Positions 19,959 through 30,518 are shown, numbered from the stretch's first letter. The stretch is 64,000 nucleotides of DNA from an uncultured Lachnospiraceae bacterium (GCA_947599905.1 CANQFR010000002.1:15193-79192); one strand, 5' to 3'. Numbers and translations: made by a program. The notes: a model not told the origin generated them from the sequence alone.

Positions 19959-20922
19959 CCCCTCGCAAAGTTAAATCCATGAAATGTTCATCCAGCTTGA
20001 AGGTGTGCGTTACCTTCTCCACCAGCATGAAATTTTTCACCTTTACATCCCCCAAATCCAGATTGATAACGACCATGCTTCCGGCCCTTACCCTTGTATC
20101 ACCGATAGCGTTTGTTATTTTCAGATTCCGGGTCTTTTTGTTGTACAGGGTAAGAAGGGCATCCGCTTTTGATTGCCCGTTCTCGCCTTTTGACAGGGTA
20201 TCAAAGTATTGAAGGATACCCCATTTGTTAATATTTGAACCGTCTTGCGCAATATACACTTCACGCTTGCCGGTTTCCTCGTTGTCGTAGGTCAGTTTAA
20301 TTTTGTTGTAGGTGTCGGTGTCGATTGAAGATTGATATTCAAAATCTTCCCCGGTTTCTTCGTCAATCATCAGGTAGGCCCCCGGCTCCCCGACGTACAT
20401 TGAAGAAATGTTCTTCAGGGCCAGCTTCCCGAAATCATCATAAAGGACGAACATTTCCTTTGTGTTCTGCAAGGTTAGATCAAGGGCATTTTCGATCATG
20501 TCAAACAAGGAAGTGTTATCTTCCACCCGTGAAGCAATCACAAAGCCTGTATCTTCCAGCGTCCCGGTCTGCAAAGCGAAATCTGCCGCCAACATCTGGA
20601 CGAATTGGGAAGCCGTCTTATTCTCATACACATAGGTATCTTTGTTCTGCAAATACCTCAACTGATCGTAGGCCGTCACCGTGATAATCTGATCCTTATT
20701 CCGCTTCTGAGTGAACACGAACCCAAAGAAAACCGGCTCACCGTCCACCCGCAAGCGCACCGCCGAACCTTCCGAAAAATCCAGAATATCATCCTTCAGA
20801 ACGTTGAAGGTCAGTTTTCCCGGCGTGGATCGCCGTTCTGTACTCCACTCAATCCCTTCTTCCAGTACAGGGCGGTAAGCCTTTGTTCCGCTCTCATTGG
20901 CAATCAAAAGTTCAACATCCAT
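19942..20922 (-). CDS. XkdQ-like baseplate hub protein
   Basis: TAYDQLRYL.NKDT, WG.LQYF; synteny. Confidence 0.85.
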   Translation of the reverse strand: MDVELLIANESGTKAYRPVLEEGIEWSTERRSTPGKLTFNVLKDDILDFSEGSAVRLRVDGEPVFFGFVFTQKRNKDQIITVTAYDQLRYLQNKDTYVYENKTASQFVQMLAADFALQTGTLEDTGFVIASRVEDNTSLFDMIENALDLTLQNTKEMFVLYDDFGKLALKNISSMYVGEPGAYLMIDEETGEDFEYQSSIDTDTYNKIKLTYDNEETGKREVYIAQDGSNINKWGILQYFDTLSKGENGQSKADALLTLYNKKTRNLKITNAIGDTRVRAGSMVVINLDLGDVKVKNFMLVEKVTHTFKLDEHFMDLTLRGGEFIA

Positions 20923-20934
20923 TTGCCCACCCCC

Positions 20935-21630
20935 CTACGCTGCCGGGATCGTCAGAACTTGCCCCGGATAGATCAGGTTTGGATTTCCACCGACAACGGC
21001 CCGGTTTGCGTCATAGATCACGGTGTATTTTGCTCCGTTCCCGTAGAATTTTTTTGCTATGTTCCACAAACAATCACCCCGTACCACCGTGTAAGTCTGT
21101 GCTGCCGGTGGGGCGGGGCTTGTTTCTGCCGGGCGGGGTTCTTCAACCGTCGCCTGTGGCTGTGGTTTCGATTGTACGATTTTGATATTTACCGTTTTCG
21201 TGCCATATTCACGGTACTGCTTCAGCTTCACTTTCACGGTCAGATCAAAGCCATCCGTGGCCTGTTCCGTGATTTTGTAATCTTCCAGGGATACCTTCAT
21301 ATTGGTGGAAAACATGGATTTCCCGGAAGGGAACGATCTGGAAACAATGAACTGGAAGGGTCTTTTCCTGGTTTTCAGCTTTTCAAAATATTCCAGGTAG
21401 TAGGCCGCACCCTGGAACCCTGATTTGTAAGAAGCAAAGGGATATTTCACCTGTGGGATCATACATTCAAATTCAATGTCCGTCAGCTCCGGCGTTTTCA
21501 GAATGTTGATCTGCCCTTCATCAATCAGGGTAAGGGTACTGTTCGCATTGTTGATTTTGATTTCTAACTTTTTGGGCGCAATAGGCAATAAGCATTTGTC
21601 CAAGTAAAAATCATATCCGCTCTTGCTCAT
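20935..21630 (-). CDS. XkdP-like LysM tail protein
   Basis: C-terminal LysM YTVVRGDCLWNIAK..NPNLIYPGQ. Confidence 0.88.
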   Translation of the reverse strand: MSKSGYDFYLDKCLLPIAPKKLEIKINNANSTLTLIDEGQINILKTPELTDIEFECMIPQVKYPFASYKSGFQGAAYYLEYFEKLKTRKRPFQFIVSRSFPSGKSMFSTNMKVSLEDYKITEQATDGFDLTVKVKLKQYREYGTKTVNIKIVQSKPQPQATVEEPRPAETSPAPPAAQTYTVVRGDCLWNIAKKFYGNGAKYTVIYDANRAVVGGNPNLIYPGQVLTIPAA

Positions 21631-24254
21631 TACTCATGCACCCCTTCCGTTATAATATCCACCGCTTCATTCACCGAATCCGTCAGGCCGGTAATAAGGC
21701 CGTCCAAATCCATCTTTGAACCAATCTGATTGTTGTTCGTCTGTTCAATGTTCACTTCCGCCATTGTGAAGCGGTTCACGGCTTCCTGTTCTGCAATATC
21801 ACGCAAGTATTTCAAATCTTCTTCCGTAATATCCATGTTGTCAGCGATTGCCCCGGTATTTCCGGCAATATCATCAACACCGCTTCCTATACCACTCAAA
21901 TCCAACCCTGAACCATAATCGGCAAGATTTGCGTAATCATCAGCGCCGGGGACGTTGGTATTGAACAGGGAAGCCGGGTCAAAGTTGGAAATGCTTTCTT
22001 CGATTCCTGCACCGAAATTGTATCCAGCGGAAGCGGCGTCAGAATAATCAATGAAATCCATTTTCTTGACGTATTCCACCCAGCCGGATTCATCTTTTAC
22101 GGCTTGCTGTGCTTCCTCTAAACCGTTGTAAAAATTATCAAGGCCGCTTGTAATATCCACTGTTACACCGGGAATCTTATTCAGCAAATTTTCAATGGCA
22201 TGGGCAAGATTAGCAATATAACCAATAACCGTCAGGCACATATCATAGAAAAGCACCTTAACCGCCGCAACGGGATCATTGAACACATTCCCAAAAAAGT
22301 TTGCTACGGCTGCGAATTGGTTCCAAATAGGAACAACAAAATTGTTAATGATATGTGCGCCCAAAACGGCAAACACCCCGGCAATTATCCCTGTGGCCGA
22401 AACGGAAGTACCTGCAAATTTATTCACCGCCGCCACCCCGGCATATAACAGGGCCACCAAAGCAATAATCAGCACAATGATCCAAGTAATGGGGCAAGCA
22501 TACAAGGCCGCATTAAATCCGTACTGTGCCGCCGTCGCTGCGAATGTCGCACCCGCTTCCATAGCCAGGGAAGCCGCATGAACGGATTCCATGAAGGCCG
22601 CTGCCGCCTTTAATCCGTTGCTGATAAGCTGAATACCGTTGTAAATACCAAGGGCCGTATAATAGGCGATCAGGGCGGCGGTAACGCCCCCAAGGATCGG
22701 CGCAATTACCGACCAATTATCAGCCACCATTGAACCAGCGGAAACAAGCAAATTGAAAATTTCCATGGCAACACCGGCCACGATTGCAAGCCCTTCAACC
22801 GCATTGTTCACAAAGGTTTGGAACGCTTCGCTGTTGGCAATCTCGTTCATCCTCTGCAAAACCGGCTGAAAGGCCATCAGGGCCGTGTTCTGGAAGGAAG
22901 TCCAAATCTGCGAAAAGGTCTTTGGCATGGCTTCAAATTTTGCATTGGTTTCATCAGCCGCCGCAAACATGGCGTTTTTCACGATTTCGGCGGTGATCTC
23001 CCCTTCAGCGGCCATATCTTTAAGCTGCCCTTTCGGGACATCCATATAATCAGCGATAGCCTGAATGATATTAGGCGCTTGCTCCAAAATGCTGTTGTAT
23101 TCCTCGCCACGCAATACCCCGGAACCCATGGCCTGAGTAAGCTGCAACATGGCGGCATCAATTCCCGCCGCTTCCGTTCCGGCAATCGTGAACTGCTTGT
23201 TCAACTGTTCAGTGAAAGCAATAATTTCTTCTGAACTCGAAAAGGCATCACCGGCCATCAGGCCCAATTTGGAAACTGCATCCGCCGTTTGCTGATATGC
23301 TCCCCTCGCCCTTTGGGCCGAAAGGAAAATCATGTTCTGCAAGTCCTGCGTGGTCTGTAAACCATCATTCATCAGATTTAACCGGGCCGTGGTGGAAGTA
23401 AGTTGATCGGATAAATCCATGGCGTTTGTGACGGTCTGCATTGTCGCATAGGCGGCCACCGCCCCCTTAATCAGATTCATCAACTGATTGGCTTCTTCCT
23501 GCCCCTGTTCAATCTCCCGGTTAAATCTGCCCTGTTCGTCCACGTTGTCCCGGATATACCGTTCAGTTCCCCCGACCGTCTGCGAAAGCCTTAAATATGC
23601 TTCATTAGCGGCTTCCACGTCCATATTGTCAACGGCCCGGTTCAAGGCTTCCTGTTCCTGGATCGCCTGATCCAACTGCCCCCGCAACTGTTCCAGTTCG
23701 GCGTTTGCCGTGTCGGAACCAATATTCATTGGATTGTTTTCAATCGCCTGAATCCTCTGCTGGATCGCCAATAGGCGGTTCTGCATATTGTTCATATCGG
23801 CCACCGCATCAGGCGGGAAAAGGTCAGTCTGCCCGGCTGTGGCGGCAATTCGCTGTTGTGTCTGGTTCAAATTGTTCAACATATTATTTGTACTTTGAAC
23901 TTCCTGTTCAAAACGGTCAATACCTGAACCTGTGAACACATCCAGCGTGTCAGTCTGCCAGCGAACGGGAACCTCGACCGGGGCCGGGGCGGTAGGCGTG
24001 GGGGCCGCCGTGGTTTCCGGTCCTGTTCTCATGCCGTCCATGAAATTATCTAATTCCTGCATTGCCAAAGTTGCCTGATTGGCTGCTTCCCGTGCGTCTT
24101 CCAGGGAACTTGTGTCAATGGGATTGTTCATCCCGCTCCGCAAATCTTCCATGGCCGATACCCCAAGGTTTACGGATTGGATAATCTGCATCAAAGGGGC
24201 CGAAAAATTGTCGTAAAGTTCAATTTGGCTTTGAATTGTCGCCACGCCTATCAC
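21630..24254 (-). CDS. tape measure protein (true start may be GTG 24245)
   Basis: QLTQAMGSGVLRGEE tape-measure motif, helical, hydrophobic segments. Confidence 0.92.
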   Translation of the reverse strand: MIGVATIQSQIELYDNFSAPLMQIIQSVNLGVSAMEDLRSGMNNPIDTSSLEDAREAANQATLAMQELDNFMDGMRTGPETTAAPTPTAPAPVEVPVRWQTDTLDVFTGSGIDRFEQEVQSTNNMLNNLNQTQQRIAATAGQTDLFPPDAVADMNNMQNRLLAIQQRIQAIENNPMNIGSDTANAELEQLRGQLDQAIQEQEALNRAVDNMDVEAANEAYLRLSQTVGGTERYIRDNVDEQGRFNREIEQGQEEANQLMNLIKGAVAAYATMQTVTNAMDLSDQLTSTTARLNLMNDGLQTTQDLQNMIFLSAQRARGAYQQTADAVSKLGLMAGDAFSSSEEIIAFTEQLNKQFTIAGTEAAGIDAAMLQLTQAMGSGVLRGEEYNSILEQAPNIIQAIADYMDVPKGQLKDMAAEGEITAEIVKNAMFAAADETNAKFEAMPKTFSQIWTSFQNTALMAFQPVLQRMNEIANSEAFQTFVNNAVEGLAIVAGVAMEIFNLLVSAGSMVADNWSVIAPILGGVTAALIAYYTALGIYNGIQLISNGLKAAAAFMESVHAASLAMEAGATFAATAAQYGFNAALYACPITWIIVLIIALVALLYAGVAAVNKFAGTSVSATGIIAGVFAVLGAHIINNFVVPIWNQFAAVANFFGNVFNDPVAAVKVLFYDMCLTVIGYIANLAHAIENLLNKIPGVTVDITSGLDNFYNGLEEAQQAVKDESGWVEYVKKMDFIDYSDAASAGYNFGAGIEESISNFDPASLFNTNVPGADDYANLADYGSGLDLSGIGSGVDDIAGNTGAIADNMDITEEDLKYLRDIAEQEAVNRFTMAEVNIEQTNNNQIGSKMDLDGLITGLTDSVNEAVDIITEGVHE

Positions 24255-24457
24255 CTACCTTTCTTCTTTGCCCCTTTGGGCTTAACTTTTTTCAATTCCT
24301 TTTCCTTCTTCTTATCGGCTTCCAGCTTTATTTTGATCGCCGCAATAATGAAGGCTTTTTCCTGATCTTCCAGATCAAGGAATTGAGAAGGAAGGATATG
24401 CAGCTTGTGAAGGGCATAGTAAGCAAAATTAGCTTCCCAATCCCCTTCTTCGATCAG
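24251..24457 (-). CDS. C-terminal extension of the tail assembly chaperone, reached by -1 frameshift
   Basis: open -1 frame LIEEGDWEANFAYYALHKLHILPSQF...KKGR* after slippery A AAA AAC. Confidence 0.75.
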   Translation of the reverse strand: MIEEGDWEANFAYYALHKLHILPSQFLDLEDQEKAFIIAAIKIKLEADKKKEKELKKVKPKGAKKKGR

Positions 24458-24891
24458 TTTTTTGCTTCATCCACCTTTTCATCAAAGGACAGGTTAAAGC
24501 CCTGGAATTTCTGGACGAACGCCGCAAGATCGTTATACTCGCCCGGATCATCCACCATTGCCAGAAGCAAATCTTCCGGGGTTTTCACCTCATAGGAATC
24601 CTGCAACTCCGCATCATACAGATCAGGAACCACGACGGAAGCACAAATCAACTTCTGGACATAGGCCCCGGATTTCATCTTCTGCCGGTACATTCCGGGC
24701 TTTCCGGTCACGGGAACGTCAATCGTGCATTCCTCACGCAACGCTTCATTCTCCTTTGAACTAACGTGGCGGAACTCCCACTTCAGGGGCTTTCCGTCAT
24801 CATCACAAAGGGAAGCCGTGGGGGCATAAAAACCGTTCTCTTTCGTGGTCTTATTGGCCTTCATAAATTTAGCGAATTTAGACATTTTCAC
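24454..24891 (-). CDS. XkdN-like tail assembly chaperone
   Basis: PDLYDAELQDSY, PGEY; lies between tube and tape measure genes. Confidence 0.88.
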   Translation of the reverse strand: MKMSKFAKFMKANKTTKENGFYAPTASLCDDDGKPLKWEFRHVSSKENEALREECTIDVPVTGKPGMYRQKMKSGAYVQKLICASVVVPDLYDAELQDSYEVKTPEDLLLAMVDDPGEYNDLAAFVQKFQGFNLSFDEKVDEAKN

Positions 24892-24978
24892 ATTCTCCTT
24901 TACAGATTATTGGGTTAGTACCTAAAACCCCCGATATGGCCTTATATAAGCGCCACACCGGGGGTTTTGCGGTCTGTG

Positions 24979-25467
24979 TTAATTGGTAAGAAAGCCTTCC
25001 AGGTCTTTGAAGGTTTCGGGCATCTTGAAATCCTCAAAGGTGAAGTCCATATCTTCATCCAGATATTCGCCGTCAGCGTCAAACTTCGCCAAAATGCCGC
25101 CGTCAATGTTACAATCCATAAGGATTATCGTCTGCCGCCCGGCTGCCGAAGTGGGATCTTCATTTGAAATCTGCATTTCAAAATATACATCCTCGCCGGT
25201 GTCCTTGTACTGTAACATCATCTGCCGGAAGATCGAAGTGTTGTAGTGGAACGTTGCCGATCCTGTGCCGCTCCAACCACTCGCCTTATTGCCCTTGCCG
25301 GTCTTTCCCAGAATCGGAACCTGCGTCTTGTTCTTCTCGAACTTCACTTCTGCATTGATCGCCTGCATGAAGTTATAGCGCCGGGTTCCAATGGTCACGA
25401 AACATTCAGCCAAAGAAGCAAAAATTGAATCTTTGGCCTTCATTACAACATTCGGCATATTTTTCAC
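24979..25467 (-). CDS. tail tube protein (XkdM-like)
   Basis: GW.GTGSATFHY, DPTS.AGRQ, FTFED. Confidence 0.88.
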   Translation of the reverse strand: MKNMPNVVMKAKDSIFASLAECFVTIGTRRYNFMQAINAEVKFEKNKTQVPILGKTGKGNKASGWSGTGSATFHYNTSIFRQMMLQYKDTGEDVYFEMQISNEDPTSAAGRQTIILMDCNIDGGILAKFDADGEYLDEDMDFTFEDFKMPETFKDLEGFLTN

Positions 25468-25476
25468 CCCTTTCCT

Positions 25477-26790
25477 TTATGCCACCGTCACGGTCATATA
25501 CAACTTCGACATTGCATTAACGACCGTAACCGCATCATTCACGACAACGGATTTCTTCGTGTTGCCCTGTGCAATGGTAACATCCGTATCGGCGAAGTTC
25601 TCAATGGCCCGGATTTCCTGAAGCTGTTCATGGTGCTTCACAATATCCGACCAAAGGGACACACGCCCGGCGTTATCGTTCGGGACAACCCCAAGGTACT
25701 TTGTATTGAACAGAACGGCAATATCGTTACCGATCTGGTCGATCACCCGCACCGTCTGATTGTCCTTGAAAATGTCGCCCTGTGTGTCGGACGTTGTAAC
25801 CATGCTGTTAATATCTTCCAGCACCCGGACATCAGAACCCACCTTATGGAAGGTAAATTCACCCGCCTTGATCGCCTGTTTAAGCTGCGTCTGTGTCAGC
25901 TTAACATCCACGGTAAATTCCCCATCATAAACCCGGTTCTGAAGGGAACGGTTCACCGCACATCCGGCAGAAGCACCAGTCACCCAATAAACCAGACTAC
26001 CGGCAGCCGCTCCATCATCCAGAACCTTGTTCTTCACGTTGATAGCGCCGTAGTAATCCCCGGCCTTGCCGTAGATAACCACCTGGAATTTGATACCCAT
26101 TTCATCCCTTAACCGCTTACAGAAAGCCAGGTACAGGGATTTGATGGTTTCATCATCCGTCACAACGCCCATAGTGTTGAAGGTGTAAGATTCCGCCAAA
26201 TCAAGATACTTCTGGTGGGCTTCTCCGTTCACCTCGCCGTTGGTTCCGTTCTCCAGCGCCTTCCCCGCCGTGATACTTTCTTCCAGAGATTCAATCTCTT
26301 TGAAGGTCACGAAATCATTCGCCGTCAATTCACTGGATTCCTTCACGGTCTGTTCGTCCACAATGGACGTTCCAAGAATCGTCTGCACGTTGAACATGGT
26401 TTCATCATCCGTGTTCTTCTGGATCGCAATCTTCAGATCGTTACCACGGGTTCCGGCGTACAGGGCTTCAGCAAGATCATTACTTGCCTTAACGCCCCCG
26501 GAAGTCAGCTTGTAAGCGAACAGGGTTTGCGCATTCAGGAACAGATCACGCAACCCCTTCAGCCTGTCGTGTGTGTAGTCATAGCCAAAAATCTTCAGGC
26601 TGTTCTTCTGGAAGTCCTCATTGGTGACTTCAAAAATTTCATTGTCAACGCCCCAATCCAGATCAAGGGCCATAGTGGCAATTCCTCTATCGGACAGGGT
26701 GGCCGTTGCGGAAGCTGCGGACACAAAGTTGATATAAGCGCCCGGAAGTTCCTTATTCTGAACTACAAAAGTTCCACCGCCTAAAGCCAT
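25477..26790 (-). CDS. tail sheath protein
   Basis: LPGAYINF, VLEDINS, RVIDQI. Confidence 0.92.
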   Translation of the reverse strand: MALGGGTFVVQNKELPGAYINFVSAASATATLSDRGIATMALDLDWGVDNEIFEVTNEDFQKNSLKIFGYDYTHDRLKGLRDLFLNAQTLFAYKLTSGGVKASNDLAEALYAGTRGNDLKIAIQKNTDDETMFNVQTILGTSIVDEQTVKESSELTANDFVTFKEIESLEESITAGKALENGTNGEVNGEAHQKYLDLAESYTFNTMGVVTDDETIKSLYLAFCKRLRDEMGIKFQVVIYGKAGDYYGAINVKNKVLDDGAAAGSLVYWVTGASAGCAVNRSLQNRVYDGEFTVDVKLTQTQLKQAIKAGEFTFHKVGSDVRVLEDINSMVTTSDTQGDIFKDNQTVRVIDQIGNDIAVLFNTKYLGVVPNDNAGRVSLWSDIVKHHEQLQEIRAIENFADTDVTIAQGNTKKSVVVNDAVTVVNAMSKLYMTVTVA

Positions 26791-26796
26791 TTTGTT

Positions 26797-26997
26797 TCAC
26801 CTTACCTTTCTTTTATAAAAATCTTCAATCATCTGTTCCACGGCTTTCACCGTATATGTTTCATCCGGGGAAAGAATGGCGGTAAGTAAATCCCGCCTGT
26901 CCCGGAACCGTTCAGCCGCAAGCAACTGATTTTTTGAAAATTTACTTTCAACTTTTTCCGGCTTCTCTGCGGCCGCTTTTGTGGGCTTTCTCGCCAT
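26797..26997 (-). CDS. small phage hypothetical protein
   Basis: 66 aa in the tail operon with RBS. Confidence 0.7.
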   Translation of the reverse strand: MARKPTKAAAEKPEKVESKFSKNQLLAAERFRDRRDLLTAILSPDETYTVKAVEQMIEDFYKRKVR

Positions 26998-27006
26998 TTC
27001 ATCACC

Positions 27007-27435
27007 TTACCCTTTCGCCGATACGGTTTGAGATAGTTCTTCCATAACCGGGATTTCGTCGGGATTGATCTTCACGAAAAGATCAAAGTTCACGAAAAAA
27101 TTCAAAACCCCGTCCACAAGTTCACTTCTCATTTTGGTTCCCATCATCAAATCCCCTGTGACGGTGATATATTCCAGGCATAGGAAAAGGCGGTCTGTAA
27201 CGTCGTTGCATTCTTCCGTTTCCCTATTCCTGCTTTCCGGGAAATACTGGATACAAAACGGCTGTTCCCGGAAGTACCGTCGATTAAAAAACCTTCTGCT
27301 TGTGGGCTTGATACAGGAAATAAAGAAGCAAGGCTCTTTCAAGCCTTGCTTCAGTTCATTTGCATATATCTTGTACTTGTCCCCAAATTCAGCATTCAGG
27401 GCTGTGCTGATCCCTTCAATGATTGAATTTATCAC
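27007..27435 (-). CDS. tail terminator-like protein
   Basis: QGLKEPCFFI, VDGVLNFF; synteny. Confidence 0.75.
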   Translation of the reverse strand: MINSIIEGISTALNAEFGDKYKIYANELKQGLKEPCFFISCIKPTSRRFFNRRYFREQPFCIQYFPESRNRETEECNDVTDRLFLCLEYITVTGDLMMGTKMRSELVDGVLNFFVNFDLFVKINPDEIPVMEELSQTVSAKG

Positions 27436-27923
27436 TTCATCACACCCCCTAAAAACTTTTTGATTTTGGCTTCAAGCACATTGGGGGCAATCGCCTGAAC
27501 TTCCTGTTCCGAAATCGTCAGCATGAAACGCCCTTGAACCCATCCCTTGTGATTTGCGGTTCTGTGCCCGTATTCCACATAGGACGCATATTCCACGGGG
27601 TTCACGATCTCAATTTGCAGCATATTCCCGACGTGTTTGATTTCCAGGCTATCAACGAAAGCCTGTGCGCCGGTTCCGCCTGAAGCGGTTCCTTTGTTGG
27701 AAGTCCACCCCCGCCTTAACGTACCGCCCTTCTTTCCTGATCCGGGTGGGTATTGGCCCACGGGTGTACGCTTGATAACTTTGGCAAGTAGGCGGGCGGC
27801 TATCTCTTTGGCACATTCTTCAATGAAAGCGTCAACCTGTGACTGTTGAATTTTGTTCAACTGATTTTGAAGTTTTTTCAATCCTGCCGCCGAAAAGCTC
27901 CCCATGTTAGCCATCAAGCCCAC
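27432..27923 (-). CDS. HK97 gp10-like neck protein
   Basis: RTPVG, GTLRRGW, EYASYVEYGHR. Confidence 0.88.
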   Translation of the reverse strand: MGLMANMGSFSAAGLKKLQNQLNKIQQSQVDAFIEECAKEIAARLLAKVIKRTPVGQYPPGSGKKGGTLRRGWTSNKGTASGGTGAQAFVDSLEIKHVGNMLQIEIVNPVEYASYVEYGHRTANHKGWVQGRFMLTISEQEVQAIAPNVLEAKIKKFLGGVMK

Positions 27924-28312
27924 CCCTTGAACAGTTCAAGCATGATTTCCTGATGGGTAGGATATACGGCTGGTTCTCCGCTTGCGGAATACTCCCCGGT
28001 TCGCCCGTTTTGCTCCACAATAATCTTTGAACCGCCGTGAATGTTGATCTCCGGCGCAAGGAATAACTTTTGCCCTTGCGAAATCGCCGCCGCTGTTTCT
28101 GTTTGGGCTACGGCATTTAGCTTTTCAAAGGACAATCTGCAAGGCTGATTTTCAATAACGGTAACTTCTTCTTGACGGGAAATCTTGCTTACTTCGTCTG
28201 TAATATCGTGGTATTCAACGACGGTACAAAGCCCGTTATATAGGCTTTCCTGTGCCCGCCGTGCCGCCTTTTGGGCGGCTGTAAGGCCTACCACCGCAAC
28301 CGCCTGAAGCAA
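27914..28312 (-). CDS. head-tail adaptor/closure protein
   Basis: PCRLS, KLFLAPE, HQEI; synteny. Confidence 0.72.
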   Translation of the reverse strand: MLQAVAVVGLTAAQKAARRAQESLYNGLCTVVEYHDITDEVSKISRQEEVTVIENQPCRLSFEKLNAVAQTETAAAISQGQKLFLAPEINIHGGSKIIVEQNGRTGEYSASGEPAVYPTHQEIMLELFKGWA

Positions 28313-28677
28313 GAAAACTGATCCCGTCCATAAGTCAGAAGATAATTGATGAAGTTGTTCAACCTCTGTTCAGCGGTCAAATTTCCCTCACCCGTTGCAA
28401 ATACTGTTGTAGTGTCGCCCTGTTGTATCTGCTTTACCGCATAATCCAAATCAAGCCCCGCAATGTCCCCAGGCGAAAATGTCCTTTTTGCCGTTAAGAA
28501 CTCGCCCACCGCCATATCAATAGCGATACACACCAAACCATCAGGAATGGCGGTAACGTTGCAATCGTTCAGGATCGTCTTTTCCACCTTCTGAATACAG
28601 AAGTTCAAAATCACTTCATCACCGGGTTTGAACACATACCCGAACGACTGCAACCGTTCCATTACCATTTCCAGCAT
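28288..28677 (-). CDS. head-tail connector protein
   Basis: CN...IPDGL, VKQIQQGDT, FRRLRW. Confidence 0.75.
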   Translation of the reverse strand: MLEMVMERLQSFGYVFKPGDEVILNFCIQKVEKTILNDCNVTAIPDGLVCIAIDMAVGEFLTAKRTFSPGDIAGLDLDYAVKQIQQGDTTTVFATGEGNLTAEQRLNNFINYLLTYGRDQFSCFRRLRW

Positions 28678-28697
28678 TTGGTTTCACCGCCCTTCGC

Positions 28698-29897
28698 TTA
28701 TCCCCTGGAAAAGATTCTCGCAATCGGAATAGCCTTATGGTTGATATAGGTGCGGTCTGTATCCTGAGTTTCACCAGTGTGAACCAGCGTCCAGTTCTCG
28801 CCCTTCTTCAGTTCTTCATCCGTGGGGGAAAGCGTCGCCTGCTGCTTCTTCTCATAAGAGATACCGAACGGGGCAAAAACCTTCCTCTGCCTCATATACA
28901 GGGTATCTTCGCCGCCGTTGGTTTTCGGATCACGGCTCATTTCATAGGGAACCTTCGCCCCAATATCTTCATAGGAAATCGAACCGGCCCCCAGGGTGAA
29001 AGTTGTGTACCGAATACCGGCAGCCACATAATCCGTTTCAGCGGTCAGTTCCTTCTTTCCGCCGAAATACGGCTTCACCTTCGCCTTGTCGATCTCTCCG
29101 TCAGACGCATCAGAATCCTTTACCAGCAAAGCGCCGGGGGTTTCTGCATCAGCGTCAAAATAGCCGTCCACGGCGGGAAGGTCATCATCAACGACAACCA
29201 GCCGACCGTTCCAAGTTCCAAGTTCCAGATCACGCTGAACTCCCTGTGCATCCGTATATTTCAGGTGCGCAATCAGGTTCAGGTTTTCCAGATTGGTAGA
29301 AACATCACTGTGCATAAACACAAGGGAAAACTTCTTCTTGTTCGCCCCGCAAGCCTGGTTAATGGCAGAATTTAAGGTGCTTGCCCCAACCTTGCCTTCG
29401 CCGGAAGCGGTCACATCATAGGTGTGTTTGGTTACGAACTCGACGTTCTTTTTCCCTGTCATGGCAAAAATACCTTCCAGGATTGCCAGAATGGTATCTT
29501 CATCCAGGCCATCCTTGTATTCCGCCACCTGATCGGCGATATTCTGCATGAAGTCCTTGCCGCCTGTAATGTCATAAGAGAAATCTTTCTCCGTCCAGGC
29601 TTTGGCACGACCGATTACAACAACGCCCTGTTCAAAGGTTTTGGTGGAAGTTGCGGTAATGTCGGTCTGCCCGTCATAATTCACCGCATCCCCATCAATC
29701 AGGCCACGCATGGCAATCCGTGCGTAAGCCGTCCCATCCTGAGAACCAAGAATCGCCTTAATGTCCGGGTTTCCAACCAGGGCACGGGATTTCTTGATCT
29801 CGTTCATCTTCAGGTTCGGCACACGGCCCACCATGTAACCGAAAGCCTGCGGGTTAAAACTTTTAGAATCAAACTTGTCATTAGGCATTTTGTTCAC
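28698..29897 (-). CDS. major capsid protein
   Basis: follows scaffold gene; NYDGQTDI, GRLVVVDD, GGED.L. Confidence 0.85.
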   Translation of the reverse strand: MNKMPNDKFDSKSFNPQAFGYMVGRVPNLKMNEIKKSRALVGNPDIKAILGSQDGTAYARIAMRGLIDGDAVNYDGQTDITATSTKTFEQGVVVIGRAKAWTEKDFSYDITGGKDFMQNIADQVAEYKDGLDEDTILAILEGIFAMTGKKNVEFVTKHTYDVTASGEGKVGASTLNSAINQACGANKKKFSLVFMHSDVSTNLENLNLIAHLKYTDAQGVQRDLELGTWNGRLVVVDDDLPAVDGYFDADAETPGALLVKDSDASDGEIDKAKVKPYFGGKKELTAETDYVAAGIRYTTFTLGAGSISYEDIGAKVPYEMSRDPKTNGGEDTLYMRQRKVFAPFGISYEKKQQATLSPTDEELKKGENWTLVHTGETQDTDRTYINHKAIPIARIFSRG

Positions 29898-29918
29898 CTG
29901 TCCCTTTCATAAATTGGT

Positions 29919-30518
29919 TTACAGTGTCACGCCGGGATTCTGTTCAAGATAGGCACAAAGTTCATCATAGGTCATTTTGGAAGTGTCTACCTCTGTTCCG
30001 GGCTTCTGCTCCCCGGAAGCGCCCGGCTGAAATCCTTTGAAGGTGTTCTTGCCCTGTTTCTTTTCAGCGAACAGGTAAGCATCCGACTTCTGAAGCGCCG
30101 TAAGCTGTTCATCAACACCCGTTGCCTTGCCATCTTCCCCAAGTTTTACTTTGGTCATATCCAGCAAGGCCCTTACCGCTTTGGTGTTTTTGGCCCCGGC
30201 AGCCGTAAGCGCCGTTTCCAGTGCGTTATCCAGTTTCAGCGCTGCGATCTCCGCATCATGCGCCTTCTTCTGATCGGCGTTCTGCTTCTGCAAATCCTCG
30301 ATCTGCTTCTTCAGGTCTGCGTTATCCCCGGAAGATTTCTTCAAATCTTCAAGCTGCTTGTCACGATCTGAAATCGACTTTTTGGCCGTTTTCAGTTCTT
30401 CGTTGACTTCGTTGAACCTTGCTTTGGTAACAAAGTTCCCGTCCAGGGATTCCATAACCTTCTTTGCCTGTTCCTCTGTCAGCCCCATAGCAATCAAATC
30501 TTCTTTTTTCATGTTCAC
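29919..30518 (-). CDS. capsid scaffolding protein (GP20-like)
   Basis: K.RFNEVNEE, coiled coil, AKNTKAV.ALLD, YLF. Confidence 0.88.
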   Translation of the reverse strand: MNMKKEDLIAMGLTEEQAKKVMESLDGNFVTKARFNEVNEELKTAKKSISDRDKQLEDLKKSSGDNADLKKQIEDLQKQNADQKKAHDAEIAALKLDNALETALTAAGAKNTKAVRALLDMTKVKLGEDGKATGVDEQLTALQKSDAYLFAEKKQGKNTFKGFQPGASGEQKPGTEVDTSKMTYDELCAYLEQNPGVTL

